From Phycisphaerae bacterium (GTDB lineage Bacteria > Planctomycetota > Phycisphaerae > SM23-33): a stretch of DNA of 64,000 bases. Both the position numbers and the translations under genes were made by a program. This document shows, piece after piece, positions 49,161 to 58,709 of the stretch; positions within the stretch are counted from its first letter, which is position 1, and each line of letters opens with the position of its first letter. The notes beneath the pieces are model-generated. The model was given only the letters and a program-made list of their open reading frames with translations. It was not told the origin of the DNA and did not search any database. Where the stretch lies: NCBI GenBank assembly GCA_011050235.1, contig DRGC01000021.1:6081-70080 (forward strand), written 5' to 3'.

Positions 49161-50190
49161 CCTGCAATCGATTGGCGTGCGGCTGGGGTCGTTCGAGCTG
49201 GCCGACGTGTCGGTGACTATCGAGGCCGGCGAGTACTTCGTCCTGCTGGGGCCCTCCGGCGTCGGCAAAAGCGTGCTGCTGGAGATCGTCGCCGGACTCA
49301 TTCGCCCCAGCGCGGGCCGGGTGCTGCTGGACGGGCGCGATATCACCGGCCTGCCGCCCGAGCAGCGGGGGTTCTCGCTGGTCTACCAGGACTACGCGCT
49401 GTTCCCGCACATGACGGTCCGGCGGAACATCGCCTACGGCCTGCCGCGCGCGCGGAGTGCCCGCCCGGCGGCCAAGCGGCGCGCAGCCGAGCTGGCGGAA
49501 CTGCTGCACATCACCCCGCTGCTGGCGCGCCGGCCGGAGACGCTGTCCGGCGGGCAGCAGCAGCGCGTCGCATTGGCCCGCGCGCTGGCCGTCCAGCCCA
49601 GACTGCTGCTGCTGGACGAGCCGCTGGCGGCCCTGGATACCAACACGCGCTTCCGCCTGCGGAAGGAACTCAAGCGCATCAACCGCGAGCTGAATACCGC
49701 CGTGCTCCACGTCACCCACGACCCGGAAGAGGCGATGGCCCTGGGCGACCGCGTGGGTATCCTGCTGGACTGTCGCCTTCACCAGGTCGCCGCCCCCCAG
49801 GAGCTGTTCCGTCGGCCGTCAGATCCACAAGTCGCCGACTTTCTCGGCATGCGAAACGTCCTGCCCGTTGGGCGCGTGGACGACAAGATCTGCCACATCT
49901 GCGGCGTCGATATCCACGTCAGTTCGCTGACCGCCGAGACCACGCACATCTGGATCAAGCCCGAAGAGATCATTCTCTCGCAAGAGCCCTTCGCCAGCAG
50001 TGCCCGCAACCAGTTCAAGTGCACCGTCGTCGAATGGGATCCACGGGGCTCGCTGCTGGCCGTCCGCGTCGCAGCCGGCGATCTGTCGCTGGTGGCCCTG
50101 ATCACCCACGCATCCTTCGACCAACTCGCCATCGAACCAGGCCGCCAAATCTACGCCACCTTCAAAAGCTCCGCCGTCCACTGCTTCTGA
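49153..50190 (+). CDS. molybdate/tungstate ABC transporter ATP-binding protein with a C-terminal TOBE-like domain
   Basis: Start at MLDLQS. Walker A GPSGVGKS, signature LSGGQQQRVALARAL, Walker B LLLDEP. C-terminal ~120 aa beta-domain. Confidence 0.85.
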   Translation: MLDLQSIGVRLGSFELADVSVTIEAGEYFVLLGPSGVGKSVLLEIVAGLIRPSAGRVLLDGRDITGLPPEQRGFSLVYQDYALFPHMTVRRNIAYGLPRARSARPAAKRRAAELAELLHITPLLARRPETLSGGQQQRVALARALAVQPRLLLLDEPLAALDTNTRFRLRKELKRINRELNTAVLHVTHDPEEAMALGDRVGILLDCRLHQVAAPQELFRRPSDPQVADFLGMRNVLPVGRVDDKICHICGVDIHVSSLTAETTHIWIKPEEIILSQEPFASSARNQFKCTVVEWDPRGSLLAVRVAAGDLSLVALITHASFDQLAIEPGRQIYATFKSSAVHCF

Positions 50191-50260
50191 GGGGTAGGGT
50201 GCGTAGCTTCGCTACGCACGCGGACAATGGGCATTATTGCCAGCTACGGCGTGCGTAGCT

Positions 50261-51364
50261 CTAGGCATTGAGCTTCGTCACTTCGTCGACGACGGCGGGG
50301 ACGATGTCCGATGCGGGGATCGTGCCGATCTTTTGGCCGCGGACGTAGAGGATGGCTCGGCCTTTGCCGGCGCAGATGGCGACGTCGGCGCCTTCGGCTT
50401 CGCCGGGGCCGTTGACGACGCAGCCCATCACAGCCACCGTCAGGGGCGTGTCGATATCGGCGAGGGCGGCTTTGACTTGGCCGGCCAGGGCGGCGATATC
50501 CATCTCGCAGCGGCCGCAGGTCGGGCAGGCGATCAGCTCGATGCCGCGCCGCTGGCGAAGGCGGAGCGAGGCCAGCAGTTCGCAAGCGGCGCTGACTTCG
50601 GCGACGGGGTCGCCGGCGAACGAGATGCGGATCGTATCGCCGATGCCCTCAGCCAGTAGCGCCCCCAGCGCGGCCGCCGATCGGATGGCGGCCTCGGCGG
50701 CCAGCCCGGCGTGCGTGAGGCCCAGGTGGATCGGATAGTCCCACCGCTCAGCCATGCGGCGGTTGACGGCGATGGTGGTGACGGCGTCGTGACTCTTGGC
50801 CGACAGGACCAGCTTGCCGAAGTCGGCCTCTTCGAACACCTCCAGGTACTCGGCCAGCTTATCGACCATCAGATCGACCAGCGGCTTATCGAGGTCGGCA
50901 TCGCGCTGCTCGCCCGCGCGCCGATCGACGATGGAGCCCTCGTTGACGCCCACGCGGATAGCCACTCCGGCGGCGGTGGCGGCGGCGATGACCTCACGCA
51001 CCTGGCCGCGGTCGGCGATATTGCCCGGGTTCAGACGGATCTTGGCGGCGCCGGCTTCGATGGCTTCCAACGCCCGCTGGAAGTGGAAGTGCACATCCGC
51101 GATCACGGGCACGTTGACGGCTTCCACGATCGCCGACAGAGCTGCGGTGTCTTCCTGCGTCGCCGCAGCCACGCGGACCAGATCACAGCCGGCCGCGACG
51201 AGCGCATCAATCTGCGCGACGGTGGCGGCCACGTCGGCGGTGGTGGTCGTCGTCATCGACTGCACCGCCACCGGCGCGTCGCCGCCGATGGTGACATCGC
51301 CGATAACGACAGACCGGGTGCGGCGGCGCGGAATGTCGGGGTAGTTGTGAGCGTCAGCGGCCAT
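50261..51364 (-). CDS. ispG: 4-hydroxy-3-methylbut-2-en-1-yl diphosphate synthase IspG (GcpE)
   Basis: TIM-barrel N-domain and a C-terminal [4Fe-4S] domain with CPTCGRC and GCVVNGPGE motifs. Confidence 0.95.
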   Translation of the reverse strand: MAADAHNYPDIPRRRTRSVVIGDVTIGGDAPVAVQSMTTTTTADVAATVAQIDALVAAGCDLVRVAAATQEDTAALSAIVEAVNVPVIADVHFHFQRALEAIEAGAAKIRLNPGNIADRGQVREVIAAATAAGVAIRVGVNEGSIVDRRAGEQRDADLDKPLVDLMVDKLAEYLEVFEEADFGKLVLSAKSHDAVTTIAVNRRMAERWDYPIHLGLTHAGLAAEAAIRSAAALGALLAEGIGDTIRISFAGDPVAEVSAACELLASLRLRQRRGIELIACPTCGRCEMDIAALAGQVKAALADIDTPLTVAVMGCVVNGPGEAEGADVAICAGKGRAILYVRGQKIGTIPASDIVPAVVDEVTKLNA

Positions 51365-51438
51365 GGCTGTATTCTACCGCCTTAGGCGACGGGACAGGTC
51401 GTAGATCCGCCGCGCCGAAACAGTCGCGTCGCGGGGCC

Positions 51439-52755
51439 CTAGTCCAGCGGCGCATCGCCGAGCAGGTCGGCGATCTTGATGGGCATGCCCGCATCGATGC
51501 TCTTGTAGGCTGCCACGCCCGTGAGGATCGAATAGGCGCCGTCGCGCTGGTCGGCCTTTCGGCCCAGTGGGTCAGCCGGCGGGTTGGGGTGGAAGATGTC
51601 ATCGAGCAGCACGGGGTCGCCGCCGCCGTGGCCGCCTTCACCCGTCCACGGCTCGAAGCCCTGCGGGTCGGCGCCGTGGGTGTGGAGGGTCACGTATTGG
51701 CCCTCGTCTTTGAGCTTGCCGGGCGTAGCGGCGTTCTCGTGGCCGCTGATATACCCAAACTGCGTGCTGCCGTGCTCCAGCCGGCCCTTCGTGCCGCTGA
51801 AGGCGACCTGGTAGCCCTCCCACGGCGCGTAGGCCAATAGGAAATAGCTCATCACCGCCCCGCGGCTGTAGCGGACCGAGACGGACATGTTGTCCCAGAT
51901 CGTAATCTCATCGCTGAACACGCAGCGGTCGCGGAAGTACCCGTCGTGATGCTCGTGGTCCAGGTACAGACGCTTGAGTCCCTCGCTGGCCTTGAGGTCC
52001 AGGAAGAAGTCGCACGTGTCGGAGCATGGGCACGTCAGGCAGCGTTCGGATCGGCCGGTCAGGCCCATTCGGTCGGCGTTCTCGCCCGTGTAAAACGTCC
52101 GCGTGGCGTGGCAGAACACCTCTTCAGGGACGTCATTCAGCCACCAGTTGACCAGGTCGAAATGGTGGGTGGCCTTGTGGACCAGCAGCGAGCCGCTGCT
52201 GTCGCGGTAGCGATGCCATCTGCGGAAGTAGTCGGCCCCGTGCTGCGTATCGAGCGGCCAGGTGAAGTCCACGCTGAGGATCTCGCCGATATCGCCGCGG
52301 TCGAGCATCTGCTTGACCTGGCCGCGGGCGGGCGCGTAGCGGTAGTTGAAGGTCACCTGCACGTCGCGCCCGGTGGCGGCGCGAGTTTCGAGGATCTTGC
52401 GACAGCGCTCGTCGTCGGTGGTCATGGGCTTTTCGGTCACCACGTTGCAGCCCAGCTCCATCGCGCGGACGATGTAGTCGCTGTGGGTGACGTCCGGCCC
52501 GGTGGTGACGATCACGCGGTCGGGCCTGGTCTCGGCGATCATCCGATCGAACTGATCGGCGGTGAAGGCGGGCACTTTCGGGTGGCCGGCCTGGTCCAGA
52601 TCGGTGTTGTACAGCTCCAATCGGCCGGGGTTGATGTCGCAGATGCCGACCATTTCGGCGTAGTCGCTGAAGTCGCCGGCAATGGCCTCCATGTACATGC
52701 GGCTGCGGCCGCCGAGCCCGACGTGGGCATAACGGGTTTTCGAATTCGAGGACAT
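51439..52755 (-). CDS. Gfo/Idh/MocA-family NAD(P)-dependent oxidoreductase
   Basis: Start at MSSNSKTRYAHVGLGGRSRMY (Rossmann). The EKPMT motif region (VVTEKPMTTDDERC). The 802-aa track ORF carries ~360 aa of junk upstream, where the true + strand Zn-ADH gene lies. Confidence 0.8.
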   Translation of the reverse strand: MSSNSKTRYAHVGLGGRSRMYMEAIAGDFSDYAEMVGICDINPGRLELYNTDLDQAGHPKVPAFTADQFDRMIAETRPDRVIVTTGPDVTHSDYIVRAMELGCNVVTEKPMTTDDERCRKILETRAATGRDVQVTFNYRYAPARGQVKQMLDRGDIGEILSVDFTWPLDTQHGADYFRRWHRYRDSSGSLLVHKATHHFDLVNWWLNDVPEEVFCHATRTFYTGENADRMGLTGRSERCLTCPCSDTCDFFLDLKASEGLKRLYLDHEHHDGYFRDRCVFSDEITIWDNMSVSVRYSRGAVMSYFLLAYAPWEGYQVAFSGTKGRLEHGSTQFGYISGHENAATPGKLKDEGQYVTLHTHGADPQGFEPWTGEGGHGGGDPVLLDDIFHPNPPADPLGRKADQRDGAYSILTGVAAYKSIDAGMPIKIADLLGDAPLD

Positions 52756-52920
52756 CGGTTCCTGCTCCTTCGTTTGGCGGCCCTGTTGGGGGCGCGTGAA
52801 GCGGCAATCTACCGCCCGCCCCGTGCGATGTAAACGGGCATTTATCCGGTCGGTGGGCGGTTGCGGGCCGGGCCCGTCGACGGTAGCGTGTGGGCCTGAT
52901 CGACCTGCAGGAGACAGCCT

Positions 52921-53937
52921 ATGCGTGGTGTGAAGATTCTGGAGGGCCCGAATGTGGCCGTCTGCGATTGGCCCGATCCGTCGCCCGAAGGCGATGAGGT
53001 GGTTGTGCGGATCGAGGCGGCCGGCCTGTGCGGCACGGACCTGCACTGCCTCTACGAGAAGGACTGGGCATGCCCGAGCATTCCGGGCCACGAGGGGGCC
53101 GGAACCGTGGTGGCCGTCGACAAGCCGCGGCGCCTCAAAGAAGGCGACCGCGTGTTCATGATGGCCTTCAGTACGTGCGAGACATGCGGGCCGTGCAAGG
53201 CGGGCTACTTCGTGTATTGCCGCGATGCGAACACCTCCATGCACGGCTTCTCGCGCGACGGCTTTCAGGCCGAGTACGTCCGCATCAAAGAGAACCAGTG
53301 TCTCCTCCTGCGGGAGCATGTGACGTTCGAGCACGGGGCGGTGCTGCAGGACCCAATCGGCACGCCGTTCCACGCGATCAAGCGGATGGGCGTCGAGGCC
53401 GGCCACGTCGTGGGCGTTTTCGGCCTGGGGCCGATGGGGTTGGGCGCCGTCATGATCGCCGCCCAAAAAGGCTGCCGTGTAATCGGCGTCGAGCCGATCG
53501 CGTTTCGCCGCGACCTGGCGATGACGCTCGGCGCCGCTGACGTCGTGGACCCGGCCGCCGGGGACATAGCCGAGCAGATTCGCGAGCTGACCGGCGGCGA
53601 AGGCCTGGACCGCGTTTTGGAATGCTGCGGCCGAGCGGAGGTGCTGTCGGCGGCGCTGGATTTGGCCAAGCCGTTCGGCCATGTCGCCATCATCGGCGAG
53701 TGCGACGAGGCGACCATTCAGCCGTCGGGGCATTTCAACCGCAAGGAAGTGACGCTGTCGGGGTCGACGGTCTTCCCGATGGGCGAGTACGACGAGATTA
53801 CCCAGCTCTTTGCCGACGGCCTGCCGACCGATCGGTTCATCACGCACCGTTTCCCGATCGAGCGAGCTGAGGAGGCCTACGAGACCTTCGCTGCCGGGCA
53901 GACGGGCAAGGTGCTGTTCACGCCCACGGTGACGTAA
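52921..53937 (+). CDS. zinc-dependent medium-chain alcohol dehydrogenase (threonine/sorbitol dehydrogenase-like)
   Basis: Catalytic Zn ligands GLCGTDLH...GHEGAG. Structural Zn CETCGPCKAGYFVYC. Rossmann GLGPMGLGAV. Confidence 0.85.
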   Translation: MRGVKILEGPNVAVCDWPDPSPEGDEVVVRIEAAGLCGTDLHCLYEKDWACPSIPGHEGAGTVVAVDKPRRLKEGDRVFMMAFSTCETCGPCKAGYFVYCRDANTSMHGFSRDGFQAEYVRIKENQCLLLREHVTFEHGAVLQDPIGTPFHAIKRMGVEAGHVVGVFGLGPMGLGAVMIAAQKGCRVIGVEPIAFRRDLAMTLGAADVVDPAAGDIAEQIRELTGGEGLDRVLECCGRAEVLSAALDLAKPFGHVAIIGECDEATIQPSGHFNRKEVTLSGSTVFPMGEYDEITQLFADGLPTDRFITHRFPIERAEEAYETFAAGQTGKVLFTPTVT

Positions 53938-53973
53938 CCGGCGGGCGCTGCTCTTGCGCCGAGGGCCCGATCG

Positions 53974-54789
53974 CTACGAGCGGCGCACGCCGCCGACGAT
54001 CATCCAGATGCCGTGAGCGTGATGGACGGTCGGTTCGAAGCCGGCCTCGTCCAGCAGCGCCTCGATCTCCTCGCGCCGGAAGAAGTGCATGCGCCAGAAT
54101 CGTCCGTCGAAGATGGCCTTGATGTGGCTCCAGGGCGTTCGCCCGACCCAGGCCAGGGACGCCGAGAATCGCCCGCCCGGTTTGACGACGCGGCCGAGCT
54201 CCGCCAGCACCGCCTGGACGTCGGTGAACAGATGCAGCGCCTCGCAGCAGTTGGCCACGTCCACCGAGCCGTCCTGAAGCGGCAGGGCGCAGGCGTCGCC
54301 ATGGATGAAGGTGATGTTCGCCAGGTCCAGCGCGGCGGCCTTGTCGACCGCGCGGCGGAGCATGGGCTCAGAGACGTCCACACCGATGACGGTTCGGCCG
54401 AGGCTGTCCTGGGCGAACGCTCGCGTGTAGATGCCGGGCCCGCACGCCAGGTCCAGCACCGTATCGGCCGCCTCGGCGGCGTCGATTCGCTTGACCAGCG
54501 CGATCTCCTCGTCCAGCGTGACGCCCGTGTACCGTTTGAACAGTGTCCCACCGCGCCACCACTTGCTCTCGTACCGTTTGACCCTCCACTCGGATTCCAT
54601 CAGCCTCTGGCCGCGGCCCTTTGGGCTGGGGATCGGATTAGGCAGGAAGTTCGCAATGCCCTCCGTCACCGGGTAGCGGCGCTCGCAGACGGTGCAGACG
54701 GCCGTCGTGGAATCGTCGGCGCCCTTGGCGATGCTGAGGCCCTCCAGGCACATCGGGCAGCAAAGGATGTTCGTCGGCAGGTCCATCAT
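53974..54789 (-). CDS. class I SAM-dependent methyltransferase with an N-terminal Trm112-like zinc ribbon
   Basis: Start MMDLPTNILCCPMC...CTVC (zinc ribbon). SAM motif I VLDLACGPGIY. Upstream track residues are junk. Confidence 0.8.
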   Translation of the reverse strand: MMDLPTNILCCPMCLEGLSIAKGADDSTTAVCTVCERRYPVTEGIANFLPNPIPSPKGRGQRLMESEWRVKRYESKWWRGGTLFKRYTGVTLDEEIALVKRIDAAEAADTVLDLACGPGIYTRAFAQDSLGRTVIGVDVSEPMLRRAVDKAAALDLANITFIHGDACALPLQDGSVDVANCCEALHLFTDVQAVLAELGRVVKPGGRFSASLAWVGRTPWSHIKAIFDGRFWRMHFFRREEIEALLDEAGFEPTVHHAHGIWMIVGGVRRS

Positions 54790-54809
54790 GCATCTCCGGC
54801 GGCTGTGAG

Positions 54810-55184
54810 CTATTCTCGTTCGGCCAGTTCGGCGATCCGCATCTCCAGGCGTTTGATCTCGCGCGTGACCGCATTGCGGTTCATCGCCATCCAGAACCAC
54901 ATCTTCAGCATCATAACCATTACCGTTGAAGACAAGAACACCGTGGCCCACAGAATCTGGTCGCGCGTCGTGTCGGCCTGAAAGAAGAAAACAATACCGA
55001 CCACCATCAGTCCGGTGAAGGCGAATATGTGGATCCAGGCCATCACCGACATCCACCGCGACTGCCCGCGGAACGAACCGGCCAGCATATCATGGAAGGT
55101 CAGGTCGCGCCCGGCGTCGTACTCGCCGCTCCAGTCGGCTTTCTTCAAGGCGGCTCGAATGTCATTGTCGTTGTCGCTCATCAT
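54810..55184 (-). CDS. hypothetical small membrane protein (2 TM + C-terminal coiled-coil)
   Basis: 124 aa. TM segments WMSVMAWIHIFAFTGLMVVGIVFFF and ILWATVFLSSTVMVMML. C-terminal REIKRLEMRIAELAERE. The start overlaps the stop of the upstream mini-ORF (ATGA). Confidence 0.5.
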   Translation of the reverse strand: MMSDNDNDIRAALKKADWSGEYDAGRDLTFHDMLAGSFRGQSRWMSVMAWIHIFAFTGLMVVGIVFFFQADTTRDQILWATVFLSSTVMVMMLKMWFWMAMNRNAVTREIKRLEMRIAELAERE

Positions 55185-55354
55185 GTGTCTCCTTCAATCA
55201 GCTGTGTCCCAATCGTCGTCTCAGTTCGTTGCGACCGTGATGGAGGCGGCTCTTGCCAGCGACGGACCAGTTCGTCCATCGCGTCGGCCTCGCCGTCCTG
55301 GGCCCGCATGACGAGCCATTCGTCAAGCAGTTGTTGGCGGGACGGTTTCATCAT
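55181..55354 (-). pseudogene. 57-codon ORF resembling only the N-terminal region 2.1 of an ECF sigma factor (truncated remnant or mini-protein)
   Basis: Not in the ORF track. The translation MMKPSRQQLLDEWLVMRAQDGEADAMDELVRRWQEPPPSRSQRTETTIGTQLIEGDT matches the ECF sigma-70 r2.1 pattern L-x-RAQ-x-GD-x-A-x-x-ELVRR-[HYW]-Q but stops after ~35 aa of similarity. Confidence 0.3.
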
Positions 55355-55509
55355 CGTCTGCTAACCTGGTCGCACATGCCGTCGGTTGGGTTCAATCGAG
55401 TCGGAGATTTTCTCCGCGCTATGAGCAGTGATTCCCGATGGATACCAGTGGGCCAATATAATGGATCGGAGGGCCTGAATCCGATCGATCTTGCGCGTCT
55501 GGAGCGACT

Positions 55510-56973
55510 ATGAGAATAAACGCATTTATCGCCGTGGGGGCGTTGGCGGTATTGGCATGCGGCTGCGCCGATCCGATCGACTTCCCCGCGACATCCGTGC
55601 AAGGCCCGGCGGGCGCTCACCGCAGCTACGATACCGACGGCGACGGTGGGGCGGATTTCTTTCTGTTCGCCGGCGCGGCCGGGCGGGTGGAGCGGCTGGG
55701 CTATGACAGCTCCGGCGACGGCGCGCCGGACAGCTTCGTCAATCTGGACGACAACCCGGTGGACGGGCGTCACCTGGTGATCGTTCTGGACGGCGTGACC
55801 TTCGACCTGGTGCGCGACCTCTACGAGGCGGGCGATCTGCGCATCTTTCACCCGCCGTCGCGCGTGATCACACCGTATCCGTCGATGACGGACCTGAGTA
55901 TGGCCCAGATGCTGGGCGAGATGCCCCCGCTGGCCTACGAGGCGCAATACTTCGACCACGAAAGCAACCGCGTGGTCGGCGGCCAGAGCGCGTACTTGGC
56001 CGAGACCAACGAACTGCACCTGCAGGTGATCCAATACAAGGCGCACACGTTGTGGCGGGCGATGGGGTTCGTCTGGCCGTCGTCGGTTTTCAACAAGGAG
56101 CTCGGCACGGCCATCGGCCGTTATGACGAGGTCGATTCGCAGGAGTTCATCGCCTATTTCGGCAGCACGGCCGGGATGGGGACGCGTCTGGGCGCCGAGG
56201 GCCACCGCGAGACGCTCCGCCGCATCGAGCGGTGGGCGAACCAGGTCCTTTGGCAGAGCCGCGGGCTCGCCGAGGTGACGCTGATGTCCGATCACGGCCA
56301 CACCTACACGCCGGGCCAGCCCTTGCCGGCCGCGGCGCACCTGAAAGATCGCGGCTGGCGCCTGCGCAGCACCTTGGCCGATGACCGCGACGTTGTGTGG
56401 ATTCGCTTCGGCCTGCTGACGTTCGCCAGTTTCGCTGCGCGCGACCCCGCCGCGCTGGCCGACGACCTGGCCGACTGCGAAGGGGTCGACATCACCAGCT
56501 ACGCCGAGGGCGAGAAGGTCGTTGTGCTCGACGGCAACGACGGCCGGGCTGTCATCGGCCGCCGCGACGGGCGATACCGCTATGAGCTTATTCGCGGCGA
56601 CCCACTGCAGCTTGGGGACATCCTCAAGCAGCTCACTCCCGACGCCGACGGCTACTACGATGCGGACGATCTGCTGGCGGCGACGGCCGACCACGTGTAC
56701 CCGGCCCCGCTGCAGCGGATGTGGCAGGGGCACTTCACGGTCGTGCAGAATCCGCCGGACGTGGTCTGCTCGCTGGAGGACGGCTATTTTTCCGGCTCGT
56801 CGGGCCTGGCCGGGGCGGTGTCGATCGAGTCGACCCACGGCAGCTTGAATCGCCGCAACAGCACGGCTTTCATCATGTCCACAATCGGTCCGTTGCCGCC
56901 GCTGATGCGGTCGGGCGACATCTCCGACCACATGGGTGTGCTGATCGGGGGCCCCTGGCCGATGGGGAAGTAG
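55510..56973 (+). CDS. alkaline-phosphatase-superfamily lipoprotein (nucleotide pyrophosphatase/phosphodiesterase NPP-like), paralog 1
   Basis: Lipobox LACGC. Metal-site motifs VIVLDGVTFD, MSDHGHT and THGS. Confidence 0.7.
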   Translation: MRINAFIAVGALAVLACGCADPIDFPATSVQGPAGAHRSYDTDGDGGADFFLFAGAAGRVERLGYDSSGDGAPDSFVNLDDNPVDGRHLVIVLDGVTFDLVRDLYEAGDLRIFHPPSRVITPYPSMTDLSMAQMLGEMPPLAYEAQYFDHESNRVVGGQSAYLAETNELHLQVIQYKAHTLWRAMGFVWPSSVFNKELGTAIGRYDEVDSQEFIAYFGSTAGMGTRLGAEGHRETLRRIERWANQVLWQSRGLAEVTLMSDHGHTYTPGQPLPAAAHLKDRGWRLRSTLADDRDVVWIRFGLLTFASFAARDPAALADDLADCEGVDITSYAEGEKVVVLDGNDGRAVIGRRDGRYRYELIRGDPLQLGDILKQLTPDADGYYDADDLLAATADHVYPAPLQRMWQGHFTVVQNPPDVVCSLEDGYFSGSSGLAGAVSIESTHGSLNRRNSTAFIMSTIGPLPPLMRSGDISDHMGVLIGGPWPMGK

Positions 56974-57008
56974 TGCTTTCGTCCGATCCCTGGGGCAAAG
57001 GAATATCG

Positions 57009-58709
57009 ATGCCGAGACAGTCTGTCCACCATCGCCCTGCGTGGCGTGCGGCAATCATTGCGGTCGCGAGCCTGTGCCTGTGGTCGATCGGGTGCAGCGT
57101 GCCGGCCGCCGAGACGCCCGTCGGTACGTTCGGGCTGGATTTCTCGTCCGTCCCGTCGGATGGCGGCCCGGCGGCAATGGTGTTCTTCGTGGACGGGCTC
57201 AACGCGTCGGTGTTCGAGGAGATGCTCACGGCCGGCGATCTGCCGGCGATTCAGAAATACTTCGTCGATCGCGGCCTGTACGCCCCGCGCGCGGTCGCCA
57301 ATATCCCGTCGGTGACGTTGGCCAATCAGGTCAGTGTTGTCACCGGCCAGTTTCCCGGTCGCCACGGCGTGGTGGCCAATAAATGGTTCGACCGAAACGC
57401 TCTGGTCCGCCGCAACTACGAGACCATCGACCAGAAAAACACGCTCGACGACGACTACACCGCTGCAACGATCTACGAGGCCCTGGCCGACCGTACAACG
57501 GTGTCGATCTTCTTTCAGGCGCATCGCGGGGCAACCAAGTGGTTCGAAAACCGCCTGTCGGCCTCGCCGCCGTTTATGATGGGGTGGTACGAGTTCGTCG
57601 ACCGGCTGACGCTGTGGCGCTTGACCGAGGTGATCGAGCTGGCCCAGCAGCGCCGGGCGATGCCGGCTCTTACCGTCATCTACCTGCTGGCGCCGGATTT
57701 TCGCGGCTACGGGCACGGCGTGGACTCGGACGAATACCGCAAGGCGATTGCCCACACCGACACGCAGATCGGCCGGGTCCTGGCCGACATGGACCGCGCG
57801 GGACTGTTGGATACCATGCACATTGCGCTGGTCAGCGACCACGGCATGACGGCGGTGGGGGGGCACTTCCTGCTGGAGCGGTTCCTACGCGAGCGGGTCG
57901 GCCTCAGCGTCGCCGGACGTTGGCTGTGGGAGCGAATGCCGTTCGAGCAGCGACTGGACGCCTATCAGCGACACTCGGCCGTGGTCAATATTACCGGGGA
58001 TCGTTATGCGGCTGTGTCGGTGCGTCGGCCGATGCGCCGCGATGACGGCGAGCCGGACTTCGCCCCCTGGCCGCAGCGGCCGGGGCTCGAAGACGTGCGG
58101 ATCTATCCTTCCCCCACCGGCCCGGTGGACCTGCCTGCCCTGCTGGTTGCCCAGGAGGCCGTGGACGTGGTCGCCTATGCCGCCGGGCCCGGCCGCGTTC
58201 GCATCCGCCGCGCCGACGGCGAAGTGGAGTTCCACCAGGATGAAGGCGGCATTCGCTACCGCGTCGTCGAAGGCGACGATCCACTGGGCTGGGCGGGCCG
58301 AATTGACGAGCGGCTGCTCAGCGGCGAGCCGGTTTCGGCGAGCGAGTGGCTGGCGGCGACGGTCGAGACGGAGTTCCCGGGCTTGCCGGAGCGGATCGTG
58401 GCCTATTTCGGCGCGCAGCGGGCGGGTGACCTGGTGGTCTTTGCGGCGCCGGGGTGGGATTTCAAGAGTCGCTTCCGCTCCGGCCATGGCGGCTTGTCGC
58501 CGGCGGAGATGTTTACGCCGATGTTGCTGGCCGGGCCGGGCGTGCCCAACGAGCGCCTGGCCGTCGCCCAGACCGTGGATCTGATGCCGACGCTGCTGGC
58601 TCTGCTGGGTGGGGCTGCGCCGGAAGAACTGGACGGCGTCGACCTGTTGAGAGCGGGCGAAGGACCGGCGTCGCTGCCGGCAGGGGCTATCGCGGAACCA
58701 GCTCCTTGA
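57009..58709 (+). CDS. alkaline-phosphatase-superfamily lipoprotein (NPP-like), paralog 2
   Basis: Start at MPRQSVHH with AAAGGA RBS. Lipobox SIGCS. MVFFVDGL, VSDHGMT and SGHGGL motifs. Same architecture as the upstream gene. Confidence 0.7.
   Translation: MPRQSVHHRPAWRAAIIAVASLCLWSIGCSVPAAETPVGTFGLDFSSVPSDGGPAAMVFFVDGLNASVFEEMLTAGDLPAIQKYFVDRGLYAPRAVANIPSVTLANQVSVVTGQFPGRHGVVANKWFDRNALVRRNYETIDQKNTLDDDYTAATIYEALADRTTVSIFFQAHRGATKWFENRLSASPPFMMGWYEFVDRLTLWRLTEVIELAQQRRAMPALTVIYLLAPDFRGYGHGVDSDEYRKAIAHTDTQIGRVLADMDRAGLLDTMHIALVSDHGMTAVGGHFLLERFLRERVGLSVAGRWLWERMPFEQRLDAYQRHSAVVNITGDRYAAVSVRRPMRRDDGEPDFAPWPQRPGLEDVRIYPSPTGPVDLPALLVAQEAVDVVAYAAGPGRVRIRRADGEVEFHQDEGGIRYRVVEGDDPLGWAGRIDERLLSGEPVSASEWLAATVETEFPGLPERIVAYFGAQRAGDLVVFAAPGWDFKSRFRSGHGGLSPAEMFTPMLLAGPGVPNERLAVAQTVDLMPTLLALLGGAAPEELDGVDLLRAGEGPASLPAGAIAEPAP

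Noticed and set aside
52756-53847. N-terminal 360 aa of the 802-aa ORF 51439..53847(-)
   Set aside because: The composition is junk and it overlaps a convincing Zn-alcohol-dehydrogenase gene on the + strand (52921..53937). The true oxidoreductase start is at MSSNSK (52755).
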